A stretch of 64,000 nt of DNA from Verrucomicrobiaceae bacterium (GTDB taxonomy: Bacteria > Verrucomicrobiota > Verrucomicrobiia > Verrucomicrobiales > Verrucomicrobiaceae). Location: NCBI GenBank assembly GCA_947466075.1, contig CANIBP010000007.1, positions 9,272 through 73,271 on the forward strand, given 5' to 3'. Position 1 is the stretch's first letter; each line of letters starts with the position of its first letter. Shown here piece by piece: positions 15,485-25,083 of the stretch. The notes under the pieces were generated by a model that saw nothing but the letters and a program-made list of their open reading frames with translations, did not search any database and was not told the origin of the DNA. A program made the position numbers and the translations under genes.

Positions 15485-17655
15485 AAACACTGCTCCTGCT
15501 CATCTCTGCCACTGCGGCCATGTCTGCCGACTTCGACGCCGCGTTAAGCTTTCCGAAGCGCACCGAAAACACCGTCTTCCGCGACCGCGTAAAGGCGAAC
15601 TGGCTGCCAGATGGTAAGTCATTCTGGTATCGCGTCCAAACAGGGCCAAAGGCACATGAGTCTGTCCTCATCAACGCGGAAACCGGTAAGCGCCAGACTG
15701 CACCCGAGCTCAAAACACTAGGCATCACCTCTTCGGAAGCGAAGACATCAGCATTGAAGATCGAACTACGTCGCACGAAACGCACGGGCGAGTCCTCTGG
15801 ACTTAAGTTCATCAATCAACTCGGTGAGGATGTGGATCTATTCTGGATCAATGAGCAAGGCGAGCATGTCCGCTTTGGTGGCGTGCGCGCAGGCGCAGAG
15901 CGGGAGCAGCACACCTATGAAGGGCACGTCTGGCTCATCACCAGTCGCACCGGCGAGCACCTCGCCGTCGTCGAAGGCGAAGCGACGATCAAAACGCTCA
16001 TAATCGACGGCAAAGGCATTTCAAAGCCCAAGGAGGAACCGAAGAAGCGTGGCACGCCTGGCAAATCACCTGACGGCACTTGCGTCGTTACGAGCGAGGC
16101 GGATGCCGTCACCAAACGTCAAATCACGATCGTCGATTCATCACCCAAAGAAGGTCTCCAGCCGAAAACCAAAGTCATCGACTACACCAAGCCAGGCGAT
16201 CCTTTGCCGAAACCGCAGTTGGTCATCATACAATTGGATGGACGAAAAATTCGTGGGCCACGGGATTTGTATGAAAATCCCTTCAATGAGTCTGGTAAAA
16301 TCGACATCACTTGGTCGCCAGACAGCAGCGAGTTCTACTTCGACTACAACCAGCGCGGTCATCAGCTTTACCGCATCCTCGCCGCGAACGCGAAGACCGG
16401 AGCGGTGCGTCTGGTTGTTGAAGAGACATCGAAGACCTTCATCGACTACACCAAGAAAACTTGGCGTCACTGGCTGCACAGCACGGGTGAACTCATCTGG
16501 ATGAGCGAACGCGATGGCTGGTGCCATCTTTGGCTTTATGACACCAAAACAGGCAAGCCGAAGCATCAAATCACCAAGGGTGCATGGCCCGTGCGTGAGG
16601 TTTTGCACGTCAATGATGCCAAACGAGAAGTCTGGTTCATGGCGAGCGGTTTAAAGGCTGGAGAAGACCCGTATCATGAGCACCTCTGCCGCGTGAAATT
16701 CGATGGCAGCGGCTTCCAGCTGCTCACGGCCAGCGATGGCAATCACCGCATCGATTTCTCACCAAATCGCGACTTCTTCATCGACACTTGGTCGCGCGCC
16801 GATCATCCCCCGGTCAACGAACTGCGCCGCAGCAGCGACGGCAGTCTCGTGTCCGAACTGGAGAAAGCAGACGCCACCGCCCTAGTCGCCGCAGGTTGGA
16901 CAATGCCGGAGCGCTTCGTCGCAAAGGGGCGCGATGGAAAAACCGATATCCATGGTGTCATCATCAAGCCTACGAACTTCGATCCGTCGAAAAAATACCC
17001 TATCGTCGAAAACATTTACGCAGGACCGCATTCCGCCTTTGCACCCAAAGATTTTGGTCGGCTACTTGGTCATCACATGATCGCTGAATTGGGATTCATC
17101 GTGGTTCAAATGGACGGCATGGGCACCAATCATCGCGGCAAAGCCTTCCACGATGTGTGCTGGAAGAATCTCAAGGATGCGGGCTTTCCAGATCGCAAAC
17201 TGTGGATCAAAGAGGCCGCCAAAACTCGCCCATGGATGGATTTGAGCCGCGTCGGCATCTACGGCGGTAGTGCCGGCGGTCAGAATGCCATGCGTGCGCT
17301 GCTCGATCATCACGACTTCTACCAAGTCGCCGTTGCTGACTGCGGCTGTCACGACAACCGCATGGACAAAATCTGGTGGAACGAGCAGTGGATGGGCTGG
17401 CCGGTGGATGAAAGCTACAAACTCAGCTCGAACATGGAAGACGCCGCCAAACTCCAAGGCCATCTGCTTCTCATCGTTGGCGAACTCGACACCAACGTCG
17501 ATCCTGCCACCACGGCCCAAGTCGTTGGAGCGTTGCAGAAAGCCGGCAAGACCTTCGACTTCATGCCCATCGTCGGCACGGGCCACGGTGCGGCCGAGAC
17601 GCCTTATGGTTCAAAGCTAAGAGCTGAGTTTTTGGTGCGGCATTTGAAGCCGTAA
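15481..17655 (+). CDS. secreted S9-family prolyl peptidase (DPP IV / prolyl tripeptidyl peptidase-like) with an inserted VHL-beta-like module
   Basis: The ATGA overlaps the upstream stop. Signal peptide. DPPIV_N-like propeller. Catalytic YGGSAGG ... GELDTNVD ... GTGHG. Residues ~104-176 form the extra module (see findings). Confidence 0.9.
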   Translation: MKTLLLLISATAAMSADFDAALSFPKRTENTVFRDRVKANWLPDGKSFWYRVQTGPKAHESVLINAETGKRQTAPELKTLGITSSEAKTSALKIELRRTKRTGESSGLKFINQLGEDVDLFWINEQGEHVRFGGVRAGAEREQHTYEGHVWLITSRTGEHLAVVEGEATIKTLIIDGKGISKPKEEPKKRGTPGKSPDGTCVVTSEADAVTKRQITIVDSSPKEGLQPKTKVIDYTKPGDPLPKPQLVIIQLDGRKIRGPRDLYENPFNESGKIDITWSPDSSEFYFDYNQRGHQLYRILAANAKTGAVRLVVEETSKTFIDYTKKTWRHWLHSTGELIWMSERDGWCHLWLYDTKTGKPKHQITKGAWPVREVLHVNDAKREVWFMASGLKAGEDPYHEHLCRVKFDGSGFQLLTASDGNHRIDFSPNRDFFIDTWSRADHPPVNELRRSSDGSLVSELEKADATALVAAGWTMPERFVAKGRDGKTDIHGVIIKPTNFDPSKKYPIVENIYAGPHSAFAPKDFGRLLGHHMIAELGFIVVQMDGMGTNHRGKAFHDVCWKNLKDAGFPDRKLWIKEAAKTRPWMDLSRVGIYGGSAGGQNAMRALLDHHDFYQVAVADCGCHDNRMDKIWWNEQWMGWPVDESYKLSSNMEDAAKLQGHLLLIVGELDTNVDPATTAQVVGALQKAGKTFDFMPIVGTGHGAAETPYGSKLRAEFLVRHLKP

Positions 17656-17664
17656 CCAACAAAG

Positions 17665-18456
17665 TTACCGAGCCTTGATCTCGAACGCATCCAAATAAGG
17701 CAGCGTGATCTGAGGCGGCATGCCGCCGAAGGGCTGGTAGGCGGGGAGCTGGACAATGCTCATGCTGTGAGGCTGGCTGGCGATGAAGAACATGGCGTCG
17801 GCGCAGTCGGCGCAGGTGATCATGGCTTCCTTGTGCTTCGCGGATGGCTGCACGGGGCGCTTTTTGACGAGCGGAGTGTCGGCTTCACCGGGAGCGTATT
17901 CGGAGACGACGATGCCATGTGCGTTGAGTTGCATGCGGGCGGTGAAAAGCATTCCGTGAACAGCCCACTTGCTCGCTGTGTAAGGCACGCCAGCAAAGGA
18001 ATCGTAGCCATGACCGGCAGTGGAAGAAACGACGACGATCTTCCCGCCGCCGTTCGCCGCCATCGGCTTCGCGACGGCCTGAATCATATTCGCCACACCG
18101 ATGACATTGATCTCCATGACCTTCCGCCAGCTTTCCTCGCTGGCGATTCGCGACGGATCAGCATGCGCCATGAAGCGGTCAGGCGTGTTAATGCCTGCGG
18201 TGTGGATGAGTGCGTGCAGAGCGCCGTGCTTCAGCACCGTTTCCATCGCGGCGGCCACACTAGCGCTATCCGCCACATCGCAGACGACGGGGATGATGTT
18301 CTTGGAAAGCACGGCGCTTTCCTGGAGCGACTCCAGCGTGCGCCCGAACACAAAGGTCTTGGCACCGGCATCCGCGAAACGCTTCGCTGCTGCCTGCCCC
18401 ATTCCACCGCCACCGCCGGTGACGATCACGATTTTGTCTGTCCAATTTTGGTCCAT
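17665..18456 (-). CDS. short-chain dehydrogenase/reductase (SDR)
   Basis: TGGGGGMGQ Rossmann motif and a YTASKWA catalytic Y-x3-K. The start is placed at MDQNWTDKIVIV. Confidence 0.85.
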   Translation of the reverse strand: MDQNWTDKIVIVTGGGGGMGQAAAKRFADAGAKTFVFGRTLESLQESAVLSKNIIPVVCDVADSASVAAAMETVLKHGALHALIHTAGINTPDRFMAHADPSRIASEESWRKVMEINVIGVANMIQAVAKPMAANGGGKIVVVSSTAGHGYDSFAGVPYTASKWAVHGMLFTARMQLNAHGIVVSEYAPGEADTPLVKKRPVQPSAKHKEAMITCADCADAMFFIASQPHSMSIVQLPAYQPFGGMPPQITLPYLDAFEIKAR

Positions 18457-18575
18457 ACGCTGATGGTAGCGAGTGCTCTCAGGTCGTCCAGCGTGCGAGC
18501 TTGGCAAAAATCGCGTATCTCGCTGCCAAAGTGCTCAAGAAGGCGGGCGGCGAAGGCGATTATCATACATTACTC

Positions 18576-20795
18576 ATGAAACTGCCCGCTTTGCTCTTCA
18601 TCGCCTCATTGTTGGCAGCGTCGCTCGCTGCAGCTGATCCGGCGCTGCTGACGCTCGACCGACTTTTCACCGCGGAGGAGTTCAAGGAAGAAAAAGCCAC
18701 GGCCATCCGCTGGAGCAAGAAAAGCGCCGATTACTTCACGCTGGATGCGCCGAAGATGGGTAAGGATGGCAAGGACTTGGTCCGCAATGACACGGCGAGT
18801 GGCAAAAAGAGCGTGCTGGCCACCGCGCAGCAACTGACGACGCCAGGTGCCAAAAAGCCGCTGGCCGTGGACAGCTTCGAATTCAATGCGGATGAATCAC
18901 AGGTGCTGCTTTTCACCGACACCAAGAAAGTGTGGCGCAAGAACACACGAGGTGACTACTGGTTGCTGGATTTAGCCTCGAAGAAGCTCACAAAGCTCGG
19001 TGGTGATGCAGCGGCATCGTCTCTGATGTTTGCGAAGTTTTCACCCGATGGAAAACGCGTGGCCTATGTGAGGGAAAACAACTTGTATGTGCAAAATCTG
19101 GCCGATCTGAAAATCACGGCGCTGACATCGGATGGCGGCAGCACACTGATCAATGGAACTTCCGATTGGGTGAATGAAGAAGAGCTTTTCATTCGCGATG
19201 CCTTCCGCTGGAGCCCAGATGGGACGCGAATCTTGTTTTGGCAGTTCGACACAAAGGACGTAAAGAAATTCCACCTCGTGAACCAAATCGCTGGCAATTA
19301 CCAGCAACTCAAGTCCTTCCCATACCCCAAAGCGGGCGAGAAAAATTCGGCCACACGGCTGGGCATGGTGAGCGCGGCTGGTGGAGCCGTGACATGGCTG
19401 AAAATTCCCGGTGATCCGCGTGATCATTACCTGCCACATGCTGAATGGACACCTGATGGTCATGCGGTCGTGCTTCAGCAGATGAATCGCCTGCAAAAAA
19501 CGAATCGCGTGATGCAGGCCGATCCAGCAACGGGCGAAACGAAGCTGGTGCTCACCGAAACGGACAAGGCGTGGGTGGAGAACAAAAATGACTTCAAGTG
19601 GATCGGTGCAGACTTTCTCTGGCTCAGCGAGCGCAGCGGCTGGCGGCACGCGTATCGCGCTCAGCTCGATGGCAAACTCACGCCCATCACCCAGGGCGAG
19701 TTTGATGTGATCGACGTGGCGCACGTCGATGCCAAAGGCGGCTGGCTTTACTACCACGCCTCACCGGAGAATGCGACGCAGCGCTATCTTTATCGGGTGA
19801 GTCTTGAAGGCGGTGAGGCGCAGCGGATCACACCAGCCAATCAGGCTGGAACGCATGGCTATGAAGTTAGCGAGGATGGCCAATGGGCCGTGCATACGTT
19901 TTCAAATTTCACCACACCGCCAGTGGTCGAAATCGTGTCTCTGCCAGAGCATCACAATGCGAGTGTGCTTGTGAGTCATGCCAAACTGAAAGAGAAATTA
20001 GCACTACTGAAGAAGCCGAGGTGCGAATTCCTCCGTGTCGATATCGGCGGCGGTGTGAAGCTCGATGCATGGAGTGTCAGCGCGGCTGATTTGGCCACAT
20101 CCAAGAAGCATCCCCTGCTCATGTATGTGTATGGCGAGCCAGCAGGACAGACGGTGAAGGACGCATGGGGCGGCTCTAAGATGCTGTGGCATTGGATGCT
20201 CGCGCAGCAGGGCTACATCGTCGCCAGTGTGGACAATCGCGGCACGCCAGCGCCACGTGGACGTGACTGGCGGCGGTGTGTGTATCGACAGCTCGGTGTT
20301 TTGAGTTCACAAGAGCAAGCAGAGGCTGTGAAGGCACTGCTGAAGCGCTGGCCTCAGGCAGATCCTGCGCGTGTCGGCATCTGGGGCTGGAGCGGCGGCG
20401 GCAGTTCGAGTCTGGATGCCATTTTCCGCTACCCGGACATCTACCACACTGCGATCTCGGTGGCTCCGGTGACTGATCGCATGCTCTACGATTCCATTTA
20501 CGAAGAGCGCTACATGGGCCTGCCGAAAGAAAACGCCAAAGATTACAAGCAGGCATCATCCATCAACTACGCCGCTGCTTTGAAAGGGAACCTCCTCATC
20601 GTGCATGGCACCGGCGACGACAACGTGCACTACCAGGGCGTGGAGAAGCTCATCAACGAACTCATCGCGAAAAATAAAGCCTTCACCGTTATGCCCTACC
20701 CCAATCGCGACCACGCGATCAATCAGGGCAAAGGCACCACACGTCATCTCTACGGGCTGTTCACTGAATACCTGCAAACGCATCTCCATGAGTAA
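18576..20795 (+). CDS. secreted dipeptidyl peptidase IV (S9B)
   Basis: Signal peptide MKLPALLFIASLLAASLAAA. DPPIV_N propeller motifs (DWVNEEE). Catalytic GWSGGG, GTGDDNVH and RDHAI. Confidence 0.9.
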   Translation: MKLPALLFIASLLAASLAAADPALLTLDRLFTAEEFKEEKATAIRWSKKSADYFTLDAPKMGKDGKDLVRNDTASGKKSVLATAQQLTTPGAKKPLAVDSFEFNADESQVLLFTDTKKVWRKNTRGDYWLLDLASKKLTKLGGDAAASSLMFAKFSPDGKRVAYVRENNLYVQNLADLKITALTSDGGSTLINGTSDWVNEEELFIRDAFRWSPDGTRILFWQFDTKDVKKFHLVNQIAGNYQQLKSFPYPKAGEKNSATRLGMVSAAGGAVTWLKIPGDPRDHYLPHAEWTPDGHAVVLQQMNRLQKTNRVMQADPATGETKLVLTETDKAWVENKNDFKWIGADFLWLSERSGWRHAYRAQLDGKLTPITQGEFDVIDVAHVDAKGGWLYYHASPENATQRYLYRVSLEGGEAQRITPANQAGTHGYEVSEDGQWAVHTFSNFTTPPVVEIVSLPEHHNASVLVSHAKLKEKLALLKKPRCEFLRVDIGGGVKLDAWSVSAADLATSKKHPLLMYVYGEPAGQTVKDAWGGSKMLWHWMLAQQGYIVASVDNRGTPAPRGRDWRRCVYRQLGVLSSQEQAEAVKALLKRWPQADPARVGIWGWSGGGSSSLDAIFRYPDIYHTAISVAPVTDRMLYDSIYEERYMGLPKENAKDYKQASSINYAAALKGNLLIVHGTGDDNVHYQGVEKLINELIAKNKAFTVMPYPNRDHAINQGKGTTRHLYGLFTEYLQTHLHE

Positions 20796-22029
20796 ACAAA
20801 TCACCATCCTCGGCGCAGGTGTCATCGGCCTCAGCACGGCGCTTTATTGCGCCCGGCGCGGCATGCGGGCGACAATCATCGACCAAAAGCCGCGTCAGCG
20901 CGATGGCTGTTCGTTTGGCAATGCGGGCATGATCGTGCCGAGCCACTTCATCCCGCTCGCGGCTCCAGGCATGGTCAAACTAGGCCTCAAATGGATGTGG
21001 AATCCGGAATCGCCCTTCTACATCAAGCCGCGGCTCAATTTAGATTTGATGACCTGGGGCCTGCATTTCTGGAAAGCGGCTACCAAAGGCCGAGTCGATG
21101 CCGCAGCGCCTGTGTTGCGTGATTTGAGCCTGCTGAGCCGCCAATGTTTCGAGGAGATCGGGCTCGACTTCGGTCTCGTGAAGAAGGGACTGCTCATGCT
21201 GTGCAAAAAACAACAGACGCTCGATGAAGAAGCTCACATGGCGGCAATAGCGAACAAGCTCGGCATTCCCGCCGAAGTTCTCGACGCCAAGGCCACTGCG
21301 GCGCTCGATCCAGCAGTGACGATGGATGTGTGCGGTAGTGTCTTCTTTCCGAAAGACTGCCATCTAGCACCTGGACGCTTCATCGCCGCAGTGGAGCAGG
21401 AGTTGATGAAGTTCGGAGTCGAAATGCTGTGGGAGACTGAGGTGCGTGGCTTTGATGTCGAGAATGGAGCGTTGCGGGCAGTCAAGACGTCAAAAGGTCA
21501 AGTCGAGGGTCAAGAAGTGGTGCTGTGCGGTGGCGTGTGGTCGGCGGATTTGGCGAAGGAACTCGATTTGAAGCTGCCGATGCAGGCGGGCAAAGGCTAC
21601 AGCCTCACGCTCACGAATCCGAAGCAACTTCCCGAACTGTGCAGCATCTGCACGGAGGCGCGACTCGCCGTGACGCCGATGGATGGTGCGCTGCGAGTCG
21701 GCGGCACGATGGAGATGGCTGGAACCGATGAATCCATCACGCCACGCCGTGTGCGCGGCATCACACGAGCCTTTCCCGACTTCTTCCCCGCCTTCAATGA
21801 AAGCGATTTCGCCGATGTAAAACCTTGGAGCGGCTTGCGGCCCGTCTCACCCGACGGCATGCCCTACCTCGGCCGCACACAGCGCTGGAAGAACCTCACC
21901 ATCGCCACCGGCCACGCCATGATGGGCCTCAGCCTCGCTCCCGCGACAGGCAAAATTATCGCGGATGTGCTTTGTGGTGAGAAATCGCCCGTAGCACTCG
22001 ATTTGATGTCACCTGATCGCTTCTTATGA
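20788..22029 (+). CDS. FAD-dependent D-amino-acid dehydrogenase/oxidase-family enzyme (candidate D-hydroxyproline dehydrogenase)
   Basis: The start at MSKQITILGAGVIGLSTALYCARRG (GxGxxG) overlaps the DPP IV stop by 8 nt (ATGAGTAA). DAO-family C-terminal GHAMMGLSLAP. The substrate is inferred from context. Confidence 0.8.
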   Translation: MSKQITILGAGVIGLSTALYCARRGMRATIIDQKPRQRDGCSFGNAGMIVPSHFIPLAAPGMVKLGLKWMWNPESPFYIKPRLNLDLMTWGLHFWKAATKGRVDAAAPVLRDLSLLSRQCFEEIGLDFGLVKKGLLMLCKKQQTLDEEAHMAAIANKLGIPAEVLDAKATAALDPAVTMDVCGSVFFPKDCHLAPGRFIAAVEQELMKFGVEMLWETEVRGFDVENGALRAVKTSKGQVEGQEVVLCGGVWSADLAKELDLKLPMQAGKGYSLTLTNPKQLPELCSICTEARLAVTPMDGALRVGGTMEMAGTDESITPRRVRGITRAFPDFFPAFNESDFADVKPWSGLRPVSPDGMPYLGRTQRWKNLTIATGHAMMGLSLAPATGKIIADVLCGEKSPVALDLMSPDRFL

Positions 22030-23768
22030 AACAACTCATCCTTCTTTTGGCCGTTTCGTCGGCTGCACTCGCTTTGGATCGCCCGAAGTTGCAAATCATC
22101 AACGCGGCACCGAATGCGATCGAGGTGTATTGGGAAATGAACGATGGGCATCGTGTCTCGAATGGCACGATAGAACCCGGCAATAACAAGGTCATCGGCA
22201 CAACAATCGGGCACCGCTTTGTGATTGTAGATGGCAAGCGTGAGACCGATGTGGTGAGCCAGGTGCGAATTCAGGGTTTTCGCTATGATCCGGCGGCGAA
22301 GGATGGGGTGCCGGCGTTTTATACGCAGCGTGCAAGTGCGGGTGGGTTTCCCATTGTGGCCTCGGCAAAGGTGAGTCCGTATGCGGTGAAGGAAGCGGTG
22401 TATCTCGTCGATCTGATGTTGGCTAAGCGTCCAGACGTGCGAGAAGCGATGATAAAAAGCGGGGCGCGGTTGTGCATCCTCGCGCACAACGAGTTCACGA
22501 TGGACCAGCCGGAGTTTGCCAATCTGGAAACCGTGAAAGGCTATGAGGCGCTGACGCCACGTGAGTATTGGGATGCACGAGCGCGTGGGCTCGGTGGTAG
22601 CGAGGAAGATCCCTTCTGCTCCTGCGCGGAGGAGAACCTGCTGGCCTACGACGGCGATCCGTATGACACGGAGAACATCCTGATTCACGAGTTCGCCCAC
22701 AACATGCACCTGCGTGGCCTGACGAATGTCGATCCGACCTTCGACACGCGATTGAAGGCCGCTTTTGAAGCCGCGATGAAGGCGGGACTGTGGAAAGGTG
22801 CCTATGCATCGTCGAATCATCACGAATACTGGGCGGAGGGCATTCAGAGCTGGTTCGACAACAACCGCGAGAACGATGCGCAGCATAACCACGTCAACAC
22901 ACGTGACGAATTGATCGCCTACGATCCGAAACTGGCAGCGCTGTGTCGCGAGGTCTTTGGTGACACCGTTTTGAAATACACAAAGCCGCAGACGCGGCTC
23001 ACCGGACATCTCGCAGGCTATGATCCGGCAAAAGCACCGAAGTTTGTGTGGCCTGAGCGCCTCATGAAGGCTCGTGGATTGATCAAGGGCCAGCAGGTGA
23101 AGCGGTTTCAGGAGATGACTGGTGCGAAGTCGCATGACGAGCGTCTCATCGCGGGCTGGAAGGTGCAAGTAAGCACGAAGCTGATCGAGCTGGATGCCGG
23201 GGCGGTGGAAAAGGCGATGCAACTGCTGCGTGCGCAACTCGACGAGATCGTGCGCATCGTGCCGAAGGCTGCGGTGGCGGAATTGCAGAAGGTGCCGCTG
23301 TGGATCAACCCAGAGTATCCGAAGGTGCATCCGCGCGCCGAGTTTCATCCCGATGCAGGATGGCTGCAGAACAACGGGCGCGATCCCGTGATGGCGAAAG
23401 GCGTTGAGTTCACCAACGTGCGCATTTTTGAAGCCGAAACACGCCGCATGCCGAACTTCGCGCTGCATGAGCTGGCGCACGCGTATCACAACCGCACGGT
23501 GCGCATGAGCTTTGGCAATTTGGAGATCAAAGCGGCTTATCAGAAGGCCAAGGCCAGCGGCAAGTATGATCGCGTTGAGCGCAAGGACAGCGAAGGGCGC
23601 AGCAGCATGGATCGGGCGTATGCGATGACTACGCCGCAGGAATACTTCGCCGAATGCACGGAGGCCTACTTTAGCCGTAATGACTTCTTCCCCTTCACTC
23701 GAGACGAGCTGAAGCAGCATGACCCAGAGATGTTCACGTTGTTGGAGAAACTTTGGGGTGTGAATTAG
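22026..23768 (+). CDS. secreted protein: VHL-beta-like module + two tandem HExxH...E(Y)(F/W)AE gluzincin (lethal-factor-like) domains
   Basis: ATGA start/stop overlap with the upstream gene. Signal peptide LILLLAVSSAALA. HEFAH at 22686-22700 followed 42 aa later by EYWAEG. HELAH at 23466-23480 followed 54 aa later by EYFAEC. Confidence 0.75.
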   Translation: MKQLILLLAVSSAALALDRPKLQIINAAPNAIEVYWEMNDGHRVSNGTIEPGNNKVIGTTIGHRFVIVDGKRETDVVSQVRIQGFRYDPAAKDGVPAFYTQRASAGGFPIVASAKVSPYAVKEAVYLVDLMLAKRPDVREAMIKSGARLCILAHNEFTMDQPEFANLETVKGYEALTPREYWDARARGLGGSEEDPFCSCAEENLLAYDGDPYDTENILIHEFAHNMHLRGLTNVDPTFDTRLKAAFEAAMKAGLWKGAYASSNHHEYWAEGIQSWFDNNRENDAQHNHVNTRDELIAYDPKLAALCREVFGDTVLKYTKPQTRLTGHLAGYDPAKAPKFVWPERLMKARGLIKGQQVKRFQEMTGAKSHDERLIAGWKVQVSTKLIELDAGAVEKAMQLLRAQLDEIVRIVPKAAVAELQKVPLWINPEYPKVHPRAEFHPDAGWLQNNGRDPVMAKGVEFTNVRIFEAETRRMPNFALHELAHAYHNRTVRMSFGNLEIKAAYQKAKASGKYDRVERKDSEGRSSMDRAYAMTTPQEYFAECTEAYFSRNDFFPFTRDELKQHDPEMFTLLEKLWGVN

Positions 23769-23787
23769 CCACCGTGAAGGAGGCCTG

Positions 23788-25056
23788 TTACTTCACCTTG
23801 ATCGGGAAGTTCCCTGTTGCGGCGCGTTTGCGATTGTCGGTCACGATGACATGCACGCGATAATCTCCAGGCTTGGTGGGGGCGTGAAAGGTGGCGGATG
23901 AGCCTTCGGCTTTGATGAGGCAATTCGGGAGTGGTTTGGTTGGGCGCTCTCGGTTGTGGTTGTCTCGACCTGCGGATTCAGGGGTGAGCGTCCAGTGATA
24001 GATGAGTGGGTCTCCATCAGGATCGGTGGCTTCAGCTTGGGCGGTGAACTCGCTGTCTGCTGGAATCTCTTTTTTGGCGACGGCGCTAGTTAAACTCTTG
24101 AGTTCGGGAGCTTGATCTGGCGGTGGCTGTTTCTTCCAGAGTTCGTGCATGACGTCCTGGGTGGCGGTGGATTCGCCGGATTCGGTGAAAATGCCGAACC
24201 ACGTAGAGGTAGCCTCTTGCTTTTGGCCCCAGAGGAAGATGTAGCCTCCCCAGCAGTCGCCAGCGGGCAGGATGGCGGCTTCGTAGGCTTTGCGGATGAA
24301 TTTGGCTTTCTCGGTGCTGGTCGCCTCGATGGGAGCTGCCCATGGCGCACGTGGACTTTCCCAAAAGCCGCGTGGGCCGTATTCGGTGACAACCCACGGG
24401 CGTGTCCACTTGCGCTCCGCCAAATAGCCGCGCAGTCCAGTGAGTGCGCCGTAGGTGTTGATGCCGACAAAGTCGAGACTCGGCGTGAGAGCATTGAGCC
24501 CCGCGATTTTCAGCGGCTGGAGGCCCGCGAGGGCGGTGAAGGTGGGGTGCGCAGGGTCCAGATCCTTCACGGCCTTTGCCAGCACCTCCAATTGGATCCA
24601 GTAGGCCATGTTGTTGCCATCGCCTTCGGCTTCATTGCCGATGCCCCAGAAGAGCAGGGCCGGGTGATCGCGAAATTCGGTCACCTCCTTTTTCACGCGC
24701 TCCGTCTGGCGTGCGCAGTGCTCGGCGTTCGTGTAGGAAAACCAGCTGCACTCAGGCTCCAGCCAAATGCCAGAGCAGACGGTGAGGCCGCGCTTCTCGG
24801 CATCATCAAGGATCTCGCGCAGACCATTGGTGGTCCAGGTGCGAATGCTGTTGCCGCCGGTGGCCACCAATTCATCAAGATGCTTGTCCCCACCTGCGCC
24901 TTTGACGAAGTAAGGCTCTCCTCCACGAGTGATACCGACCCCCGGCACGATCTTCACAGGCACAGGCACTGCTGCGGCGTGAGTGGTCGCGATGAAAAAG
25001 ACGATTAGTGAGATGAGGATTGGGCGGATCATGGGCGACTCATCGCGTGTGGTCAT
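23788..25056 (-). CDS. secreted TIM-barrel glycoside hydrolase (GH2/GH5-like clan A) with C-terminal Ig/PKD-like domain
   Basis: Signal peptide. LLFWGIGNEAEG (the NE acid/base motif of clan GH-A). The C-terminal DPDGDPLIYHWTL is typical of PKD-like domains. The family assignment is uncertain. An alternative start is at 25032 (MIRPIL). Confidence 0.65.
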   Translation of the reverse strand: MTTRDESPMIRPILISLIVFFIATTHAAAVPVPVKIVPGVGITRGGEPYFVKGAGGDKHLDELVATGGNSIRTWTTNGLREILDDAEKRGLTVCSGIWLEPECSWFSYTNAEHCARQTERVKKEVTEFRDHPALLFWGIGNEAEGDGNNMAYWIQLEVLAKAVKDLDPAHPTFTALAGLQPLKIAGLNALTPSLDFVGINTYGALTGLRGYLAERKWTRPWVVTEYGPRGFWESPRAPWAAPIEATSTEKAKFIRKAYEAAILPAGDCWGGYIFLWGQKQEATSTWFGIFTESGESTATQDVMHELWKKQPPPDQAPELKSLTSAVAKKEIPADSEFTAQAEATDPDGDPLIYHWTLTPESAGRDNHNRERPTKPLPNCLIKAEGSSATFHAPTKPGDYRVHVIVTDNRKRAATGNFPIKVK

Positions 25057-25083
25057 GAAAGACGCAAGACGACACGATCAGTG

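Noticed and set aside
21864-23720. A 618-aa ORF on the minus strand, the longest antisense ORF in the track
   Set aside because: It lies entirely antisense to the 22026-23768 gene, which has a signal peptide, two HExxH motifs and translational coupling. Its translation is Arg/His/Leu/Ala-rich with no motif. This is typical of spurious open frames opposite GC-rich genes.
1-23768. A functional link between the collagen-like gene at the window start and the hydroxyproline/collagen-peptide locus 12 kb away
   Set aside because: Bacterial and phage collagen-like proteins are not known to be hydroxylated, and no prolyl hydroxylase is present. Unrelated core genes separate the two regions. I treated it as coincidence.
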